DNA from: Octopus vulgaris
Taxonomy: Eukaryota
Assembly (NCBI GenBank): GCA_951406725.2
Contig: OX597820.1
Span: forward strand, 65,348,001 to 65,412,000
Reading direction: 5' to 3'
DNA length: 64,000 nucleotides
Shown here: one piece after another, positions 54,265 to 64,000 of the stretch
Layout of the letters: every line of letters begins with the position of its first letter
Numbering within the stretch: the first letter of the stretch is position 1
Notes under the pieces: generated by a model
What the model was told of the DNA's origin: nothing
The model's database searches: none
The model's input: only the letters and a program-made list of their open reading frames with translations
Made by a program: the position numbers and the translations under genes

Positions 54265-54465
54265 CAGGGGTCTCCACAGTGGTCGATATCGACCTCTGGG
54301 GTTCGATGGGACTAGTCAAGGGGTCGATAAATGCCCGAAACTGCACATTTACTTCACTATCATTATCGTTTATCTATTTTCTTGTACATGCCTGGGGGCG
54401 AGGTCGATGAGGGGGTCAAGGATTTCATGAAGACGTTGATGGTCTAAAAAGTCTGGGGACACCTA
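54265..54465. mobile_element. hAT-type MITE
   Basis: Termini CAGGGGTCTCCACA / revcomp TAGGTGTCCCCAGA; degenerate 8-bp TSD ATTAAAAC / ATTTAAAT. Confidence 0.65.
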
Positions 54466-54548
54466 ATTTAAATCTTAGAAACTATAGCAAAGACCTATTG
54501 TGGTGTTTCTGTTGTAGTTGCTGTTGTTGTTGTTGTTGTTTTTGTTGC

Positions 54549-54579
<31 letters not shown>

Positions 54580-54733
54580 GGTGGTGGTGGTGGTGGTGGT
54601 GGTGGTGGTGGCGGCGGCGGCGGCGGTGGTGGTGGTAGAAGCGGCGGCGGAGGGGCGGCGGTGTTTAACACATGTGCAAATGGGACCCAGCACATTTTCG
54701 AAAAAAGGCGTTCAATATTACTGAGGCAAACAC

Positions 54734-54948
54734 GGCCGTGAGCCGGTTAGAGCCGTTAGCAACCTGGTGGGAAAATGCTTAGCGACATTTCTTCCCTCTT
54801 TATATTTTGAGTTCAAATTCTGCCGAGATCGACTTTGCATTTCCGTTTCAATAAAACAAGTACCAGTTGAGTACTGGGGTCAGGGTATAATCAACTTTGC
54901 CCCTCCCACGAAATAACTAGCCTTGTGCCAAAATTTGTAATCAATATT
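54734..54948 (+). mobile_element. SINE family B
   Basis: AAATGCTTAGCGACATTTC..GAGTTCAAATTCTGCCGAGATCGACTTTGC..AAGTACCAGTTGAGTACTGGGGTC..GCCTTGTGCC. Confidence 0.8.
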
Positions 54949-55431
54949 ATTATAGAAAATAGAGCTAAAAAAACCCAGTGTGTCCTTCAACCTAATAAGG
55001 GAATAAAGCGTACATTGATGTAGATTTGGCAACTATTTCTAGGAGATCAAATCAATGAATAGAGGCACTGTCATTGATTCTTAACACAGAAATTGCTCGT
55101 TCTTGATCATGGTGATTCTAAGAATAATTGTCTTTGCAAAACATGCAATGCTGACATTTTGGAAAGTCCATGACTTTTGAGCTATTTCAATACTGCGTCT
55201 TCAAAATAATTTTTTCTACACTAAAATTTCTATGAAGTTAAGTACATTTTTTACTTTCATTTCGAAAGAAAAATAATAATCTGAAGTTTCAAAGAACGTA
55301 TATTTTTTATTTTTTTAAAATTCATTTCATTCATTTTTTTCTGTAGTTTTAATTAACGTACTATTCAAAAGTTTATCACTTTAATACAGTAAGACCAAGT
55401 ATACTTTATAAAAACACACATACACACATAC

Positions 55432-55510
<79 letters not shown>

Positions 55511-56244
55511 ACAGACAGTAAATACTATATGATATAAATAGCTATATATATATACTCAAAAGATATAAATATATTATAAAATATATACATATATGTATAT
55601 ATATATATATATATATAGGTATAGTTATATACATATATATGTTTATATATGCATATATATATGTATGTGTATCTATGTATGTATGTATGTATATTTAATA
55701 TATAGCTATAATTTCTGCATAGGGTGCATTATAATGGATCATTAATTGGATATACATAAACATAAGTTCCGAATGCATGCCTGAATGTTGCATTTTGTCT
55801 ATGTATGTGTGTATGTGTGTGTATACGTGTATGTGTGTGTATATGTGAGTGTGCAAGGGTGGTGCGTGAGTGCGTGAGTGTACGTGCGCTTGTCTACTGT
55901 CGTGTGCTTGTGTGTGTATGCGCGTGTGTACGTGTACACATGTTTTTAGATGTGAGTGAATGCATGCGTGCGTGCGTGATGCATGCGTCTGTGTGTGTGT
56001 GTATGTGACTGTGTGTGTGTGTGTGTAGGGTGTGTGTGTGTGTGTGTCCATGTGTGTGTGTGTGTGTGCCGTGGAGTGTAAATATAGAAGAAGGTATATA
56101 TCCACGATAAAAATTACACTGATCTGAAATATTTCTTTTTTTTCTTCTCTCAGTTTAAACGTTTCTTATCCTACGTCACTTCTTTTTTTACATCATTTCG
56201 CATAATATTTCCTTCTTTAAACAAACACTCACATACACTCACAG

Positions 56245-56311
<67 letters not shown>

Positions 56312-57767
56312 TGTATGTATACACATATACATATATGTATGGTTGTGTATGTATTTGTGTGTGTAACATTAATTAAAATTTGTTGAAAGTGAATGACTTT
56401 TTGTGCAGTGACCTGATGAATTGGTCCGTTAATAAGTTGTTAATTAACTATTTCTTCTGAAGAGGACGTACTTACACTACACAAACGTCACACACCTAGC
56501 TATACATACGTACATTTATACATACATGCATATATATATATGCATACATATATATAAATATATTTGTATATATACATATACATATACATATACATATATA
56601 TAAATACTTGTGTATATACATACACACACACACACACACATATGTAAGTATAGATATGTATGTGTGTGTGTGTGTGTGTGTGTATAAACACACGCGGACG
56701 TAGGTACACTACACATATCCACATCGACGAAGCGTGCGCAAAGAAATAGAAAAATAAATACACACTTAATCACATGAGGGGCACACACTGATATTTTGAC
56801 AAACACATTCTCTGATAATCACACGTAGACGTACTTACATGCTCGCACACCACGCCACAGATACGTACAAGCACTCAAACACATACTTTCTAATCTCTCA
56901 CATAAACAACAGTTCTCACACTCATACACACAAACACTTAACCTCACTCCCTCATAGTTACACCATACTCACACACACATATAATCAAAAGTAATAAGGC
57001 TATGAAAAATATTTGTTTTATAGAAGCTAAGCATCGGTAACAAAATCACAGAAGTTCACTTTGATCCCTGAAAATTCCAGTTTCGATTCCAAGTATACTC
57101 AAGAGTCATTTTTTTCTCCTTTTCCTTGATATAAATGATATAACAGGCATTTGTTTATTTAACTGTGTCGATGTCTTTTTTTAATATTGTATTCGGTTGT
57201 CAGATAAATTCAGTCGTATCTTCTGCATTTATTTTAATCCTTTCCACTATTATTTGATTTAACACGAAAAATATTTTCATCATAACCTTTTATAGGTGGA
57301 TATCCTATGGGAATGTGTACAATAAATATATATTCCATAACAAGGGGGCTAAAATTTAACGAAGGTGTTATTAGCTTAACGTTTTAAAGCTGTATGAGAT
57401 GTATTGGTGTCAAGAAGATCCAAAAGGTGTTAGGTAATGCTAAGTAAGTGCTATGAATAGAACATGATTAAGCTCCAGGTTCGATAATGATACGAATGAG
57501 GAGTCCAACGTGGGTCATGCATTACTTACTTGTACTTGTACTTGTGGCGACATTCACCCTGGGCGGGTTGAGTCGGCTTCTTCTACCACCCTCGAGGCAT
57601 CTCGAAACATGGCGGTGGAAGAAGTTTCGTGGGAATATGTATTAGCATGTATATATATATATATATATTGACAGAATGAGATAAAAAATCCAAGGCTGTA
57701 ATTAGTTTTCAGAACATTTACAAAGAACAGGTATATATATATATATGTATATAGGTATGTATATATA

Positions 57768-58190
57768 CTCTCTTTTACTCTCTTTTACTTGTTTCAGTCA
57801 TTTGACTGCAGCCATGCTGCAGCACGGCCTTTAGTCGAGCAAATCGACCGCAGGACTTATTTTTTGTAAGCCTAGTACTTATTCTATCGGTCTCTTTTGC
57901 CGAACCGTTAAGTTACGGGGAAGTAAACACACCAGCATCGGTTGTCAAGCGATGTTGGAGGGGACAAATACAGACATACAAACACACACACACATGCACA
58001 CACACACATATATAAATATACATATATACGACGGGCTTCTTTCAGTTTCCGTCTACCAAATCCACTCACAAGGCCTTGGTCAGCCCGAGGCTATAGTAGA
58101 AGACACTTGCCCATGATGCCATGCAGTAGGACTGAACCGGAACCATGTGGTTGGTAAGCAAGCTACTTACCACACAGCCACTCCTGCGCC
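57768..58190 (-). mobile_element. SINE family A, full length
   Basis: Reverse complement of consensus, (TA)-rich flanks on both sides. Confidence 0.92.
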
Positions 58191-58941
58191 TATATATGTT
58201 TGTATATATATTATATTTTGTATATCGTATACATTATACATTATATATGCGCGCGCATAAATACATACAGACATGCATTAATATGTACGTATATACATAC
58301 ATGACGATCGCTTCATCTTCGCAGATGATAGCCATCCTAGTTAATCTAGATAATCCCTCTAATCTCCGCTACATTTGTGTGCTCTGCATTGATTCTTAAG
58401 TCCAGCAGTTGACCTGCAACGCCTCAAAACATATGTGAAAGACGAGATTTAAAACTTCTCTAACTGGTTTAATCTACAAATGCTACTAATCCTCAATCGC
58501 CACAAGATATACCAGTTGGAATGAGTCCTCGATACGACATTGGATTAAAGAGGTAGTGTGACGCATTACAAGATGACTGGCAACTCAATCATGTACAAGT
58601 CTGATTTCAGATTGCTTTACGTTAGGTTTTTCCCACCAGCGAAAACTTACAGGTAAGTATGAACTTTGAATAACGTTGAATATCAAGTGTTCACCTATCT
58701 TAGCGCCGAATTTTTTTTTTTTATTGCAAAGGGTGTCGAAAATATTTACCCTCCACATTGAGCAAGCATTATAGGTTCGTTATGAATATAGGTTTGTTAA
58801 TACGTTTACTCAATTGGTCTATTGATCAGATGAGAAAAGTTGAACGACCTAATGTTATAAATTGATGCTATTTCGTCACAGCCATTTACTAACCTAAACA
58901 ATACCGTTTGCCTAGTGTACTAACAGAGAGCTTATGAAGTA

Positions 58942-59494
58942 TTGGGTTGTCCGGAAAGTTCGTGCCGATTTGTAGTAACTTACATTTCGACTTATTTTAT
59001 AACATGTTTGAGTCCATAGAATAGGATTTGACTACACCTCCATTTAGAGCACAGTTTAAGCTATCTTTTTGTGGAAGAAGGTTTATGTTCCTGTGTTATT
59101 TCTGTAACCCTTTAAAATGGAAGATAAGAAAGTACATTTTCGGCACTTTGGGAACCAGACAAAAATTGCTGCAGCTCGGCTGGGATGTGTTACCCCACCC
59201 TCCATATTCACCAGATATTGCTCCTTTGGATTTCCACTTATTCAGGTCTCTGTAGAATAGTCTTAATGGTAAAAATTTCAATTCCTTGGATGGCGTAAAA
59301 AGATACCTTGATGAATTCTTTGCCATGAAGCCACTTCAACTTCTGGGAAGAGGGTATTTTCAAGTTAAAGGAAAGATGGAGACGCATTGTGCCACAAAAT
59401 AGTTCATATTTGGTTGATTAAAAATGTAATAGCAAGTATTTATTGACCTTTTTCTTTCCTTTAAAAATCGACACGAACTTTCCGGAGGACCCAG
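58942..59494 (+). mobile_element. Mariner (mellifera-like) internal-deletion derivative, 553 bp
   Basis: 30-bp TIRs TTGGGTTGTCCGGAAAGTTCGTGCCGATTT (4 mismatches) with TA on both sides; MEDKKVHFRH joined to TRQKLLQLGWDVLPHPPYSPDIAPLDFHLFRSL. Confidence 0.93.
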
Positions 59495-59646
59495 TATTTT
59501 ACCCGGGTTGATAATCCATCACAAATAACTCAGTTATACACACACGCACGCACACGCTCGCACACACACACACACTCACACACACACACACGCATACACG
59601 TAAATAGACAGATAGACAGACAGAAAGACAGAATGATAGATAGATT

Positions 59647-59749
<103 letters not shown>

Positions 59750-60199
59750 CTAGTGCTGGAAAGCGAAGAGAGCAACTTCTTACGATTCGGCAGTGATCTC
59801 CTCAAGAACAAATTTCTTCCTAACGAATTGCCTCCCTCATAACCCCACAACAGCAGCACTAATATATCTCAAAAGGTCCTAGATGTCAAATTCTCAGAAT
59901 AACAAAAAACGACTATGTATGGGTGTGTTTCTCGAAGACTTGAACATTTTACTATTATTGACATGAATTGTAGTTTTTCTTGGCCCCGCGATTGCTACGT
60001 CGCATCAAACTACGGAGGTATACGTTTGAAATCCGAAAGCAGACGATTATAAGATAGTTTCTGTTGAGCAAAAGAAACCGAGAAGCACGAGCGGCCGCAA
60101 AAGTCCACCGAAACTGTCGCTTATATCCAATTAGAAGGAAAGACCCTTAAATCTTTTTAGCAGCGGGACTGTTGCTAAAATAAACATGCAATCCTTTCT

Positions 60200-60600
60200 T
60201 TATGCCTTTAACCCTCAAAGCGGAGTATAGCCCAATTACAGTTGAATTCTATTTCGCATAATTTTTCGCTTCTTTACTTATAATCTGCCATGAATGTTCC
60301 CCTTTCTCTAGCTCCTTTTGTGTTGATCTACGCCACGAGTTCTTAGGCATACCTCTCCATCTATATCCATCCGGTTTCCACTGTAAAACCCTTTTCGCTA
60401 CATTTGGTGTGTTTTTTCTAATTGTGCTACCAATTCACTTCCACTTTTTCTTAAATATTTGCTCCCTAATCGAAACTTGATGTGTTCTTTGCCATAGCAC
60501 CATATTGCTTATGTGTTCGGACCTTCAAATTTTAAGTATACTACGCAAGCATCTGTTGATGAATGATTGTATTTGCTTATTTGACTTAACTGCAATGCCA
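60200..60600 (-). mobile_element. RTE-clade LINE 3' fragment (different family)
   Basis: Manual translation QIQSFINRCLRSILKI, HISN..LWQRT.Q, KW.*IG.TIRK, LQWKPDG.R.RGMPKNSWRR. Confidence 0.8.
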
Positions 60601-61463
60601 TTCGAAAATATTCTAGGATTAATTTAGAGAAACATTGCGTTATTGAATACATAAACATCAACGCAATGTTGTTAGTGATAATCTGGAAAAGCTCCGGTTT
60701 TCAAAAACAGAAAATAATTGAAGAAAGAAGAAATCAACATCACCTAGCTAACACGTAAGCAAATCACAAATTGTAATTGTAAGAGGAACAGGAAGAACAT
60801 GCACCATTTTTCTCAAGTTCAACATGGAGCATTGCTTTTGGTATCTACATTCGGACGATGGAGATTTGCATCTTTTTTAGAAACCAGCTCCTTTGGAAGA
60901 ATTCAAATTATTAACGGAGAATATACATACATACATGTATATGTGAATGCATACACAAACACATACAGACAGACAGACAGACGAAAGAAAATTATACATA
61001 CACACAATGCTATCATCAGCAGGAGATAAAGAGATCGGTATTGCCAGTGTTATTTATACGGGCATGACCACCATTTTAAAAACTAACGGTTTCAAAGGAA
61101 ATGAGCCGTAAATCGGAGTAAAATCAAACACCATATCTTTATATCATCTCTACACCTGAAATTGGTAAAGTTTCATAGTCTAGCATTAATAATTAAATTT
61201 AGAAAATGAGGCTATAATGATATTAGTTATAGTAATATATAGTTGGTAGATATAATAAGAATATTTCTGAGAGCAGAAGTTTAGCAATACACACATACAT
61301 TAACACATTCACATGTGTGCATCTATGCATATATATATATATATGGGGGGGGGTCTACATTTATATATATATATATATATTTATATATGTATATATTACG
61401 TATGTGTATATATATATCTCAGAGAGAGAGAGAATGAGATAGCTTGAGAGAAAGCTATATAGA

Positions 61464-61597
<134 letters not shown>

Positions 61598-61598
61598 T

Positions 61599-61643
<45 letters not shown>

Positions 61644-62007
61644 GAGACACAGAGAGACACGCAGCCAGACAGACAGACAGAGAAAAAGACAGATACATAC
61701 AGCCCGCTAGCCAGACAGACGGATAGTCATACATACATACAGACAGACAGATACCTACATATACGGATGCATGCATACTTACACACACACATACACGCAT
61801 ATATATATATATATATATAGATATACGCTCGTATACTTATTTATCAAATTTTTTTCCTTCAACCATGACCTCTTTATCCGTCATACCACTCAGCACATAC
61901 TACACCGCACCATATCGCCTCCTCCTCCACATCCTCCTCCTCCGCCTTCTCCCGCTCCTCCTCCTCTTACTTCTCAGCTAATGACCAATATAATAAAAGG
62001 TGGTGAT

Positions 62008-62040
<33 letters not shown>

Positions 62041-62547
62041 GAGAGAGAGAATGAGCAAGAACCCCCTTCCTGCATCCGTGTCCCTTACCTACCGACCAAC
62101 CTATAATAAACACCTACCTAAAATACCTAACTCTAACCAATTTACTGTCCAATGCGCGGACGTGACGTTTTATCGTATATCAAACCTGGCTGTCATGTCT
62201 TCCACTCCATTAATCAAGTCTTTCATACAAACACAATACACACATGTACGCACATGCAAAATACGTAAGCATTCACACACTTACGCATATAAACACATAC
62301 ACTTTTCACTGTCTGAACTTCCAATCGCCCGACTCTTACTGCGATACGTTTAATAGATTCTGATACACCACTACGGCTACTACCACCAACGTCACCATCG
62401 CATCCACAAATTAGTCGGTGAAGGACCCTCTACGTGATATCCGACGTGCTGGATATCGCAGTCAGAGCTGCGTCAAATCATTGTTCAGTGTCTGTAATGT
62501 AGGATACATTGCATAGGTTTATTCGTACATAGTTATTCATACATAAA

Positions 62548-62970
62548 GGCGAGGCTATGTGGTAAGTAACTTGATTCCCGACTACATGGTTTTGGGTTCT
62601 ATCCCACTGCGGGGCACATTGGGCAAGTATCTTCTATAGCCACGGGCGGGCCAAAGCCTTGTGAGTGGATTTTTAGTAGACGGAAAGTAAAAGAAGCCGA
62701 CGTGTATAAATGTATGTGTGTGTGTGTGCGCGCGCGTGCGCGTGGGTATGTGACTTTTTGTCCGTGTTTGTCTTCCACTACAGCTTGGTAACCGGTGTTT
62801 GAGTGTTTACTTCCTCGTAACTTAGCGGTTCAGTAAAAGAGTTTGATAGAGCGAGTACCAGACTTAAAAAGATAACAAGTACAGGAGTCGATTCATTCAA
62901 ATACAAATTTCTTCAAGGTGGTACCCCAGCATGGCCGCAGGCTAATGACTGAAACAAGTAAAAGAATAAA
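62548..62970 (+). mobile_element. SINE family A, moderately diverged
   Basis: GGCTATGTGGTAAGTAACTTG...CCCAGCATGGCCGCAGGCTAATGACTGAAACAAGTAAAAGAATAAA. Confidence 0.85.
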
Positions 62971-63193
62971 ACAATCTTTTCTGGTCTAGGCACAAGGCCC
63001 GAAATTTTTTCGGAAGGAAGGGGCCAGTCGATTATATCTACCCAAGTACGCAACTGGTACTTAATTTATCGACCTCCGAAAAGATGAAAGGCAAAGTTGA
63101 CTTCGGCGGAATTTGAACTTAGAACGTAAAGACAGGCGAAATACTGCTAAGCATTTCGCTCGGCATACTAACGCTTCTGGCAACTCGCCGCCT
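62971..63193 (-). mobile_element. SINE family B inserted antisense into the tail of a family A SINE, 12-bp TSD
   Basis: TSD TAAAAGAATAAA at 62959-62970 and 63194-63205; near-consensus body. Confidence 0.9.
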
Positions 63194-63283
63194 TAAAAGA
63201 ATAAATGTATACCGCTTCGATGAAATATTTATGAGACAATGTTCCGTGTACGAAACAAGAGAACCTCAATTACTCCTTATAAG

Positions 63284-63319
<36 letters not shown>

Positions 63320-63544
63320 CAGTGTAGGTATCAGTTAAAGGAGTTTAATACCTCTAAGGGATAATTAAATACAAAGTCGCTCCTGGTTATTACCTGGGTA
63401 GGTAGTCTTTTGTAAAGTCGTACGGTAGCAGGGGGTTCGGTTGGCAGACCGTAGTTCCTACTTCCTTTGTTATCTAATTAAATTTAAGGCATACCAGCGA
63501 AAACTACGAGCTTCCCCTTGCTATTACATCCATTTTCTTCTCAT

Positions 63545-63596
<52 letters not shown>

Positions 63597-63604
63597 GTAT
63601 GTAT

Positions 63605-63700
63605 ACGAAAGGCTTCTTTCAGTTTTCGTCTGCCAAATCCACTCACCAGTCTTTGGTTGGCCGGAGGCTAGAGCAGAGGACACTTGCCCAAGGTTCCACA
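63605..63700 (-). mobile_element. SINE family A internal fragment
   Basis: GGCTTCTTTCAGTTTTCGTCTGCCAAATCCACTCAC...GACACTTGCCCAAGG. Confidence 0.75.
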
Positions 63701-64000
63701 TGATCGATATGACAGTCAGCCTCCTTCAAATCACAACATTCTGTCTTTACAGTATGTTGGGACACATAGTATAGTGTAATCATACTTTGGCTGTTTCAGT
63801 TGAAGATCTATGTAACAATGTCACTCGTACCAAAGAGAAAATCTCAATGAGGTCGCTAAAATTAGCAGTCAAACCCGTTTAATTCTCTCGCTACTATTTT
63901 TAGAAATGGCGAGTCACTTTGGATAAGGTAGATTTAGACACCTCTGAAAACTCGGAATGTTCACAGCTGGAAAGACATACATCATAAGGTTGGTTACTTG

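Noticed and set aside
57520-57640. Hairpin TTCTTCTACCACC/GGCGGTGGAAGAA next to (CTTGTA)n
   Set aside because: Most likely a very short LINE 3' tail; too short to classify or to call an ncRNA

Overview
AT-rich, microsatellite-saturated eukaryotic DNA. The repeat families resemble those I recall from octopus (coleoid cephalopod) genomes; that is an inference from SINE content. I find no intact host protein-coding gene, so the window is probably intergenic or one large intron, and almost all ORF-track entries are translations of (TA)n/(CA)n/(GATA)n/trinucleotide repeats or SINEs. Identifiable content is transposon debris. There are about 20 copies or fragments of a tRNA-derived SINE with an internal microsatellite (family A), about 14 of a second tRNA-SINE with interchangeable tails (family B), and minor SINEs. 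DNA transposons include three mariner relics, a hAT MITE, a non-autonomous Helitron and a decayed Helitron Pif1-helicase region. Retroelement fragments include two RTE LINEs, an RLE-type (HERO-like) LINE, an L1/Tx1-type APE endonuclease, and probable Penelope-like remnants. The least obvious signal is a set of minimal hammerhead-ribozyme-like cores, one inside a ~480 bp foldback. I see no convincing wholly new biological system. Coordinates of degenerate repeats are approximate.
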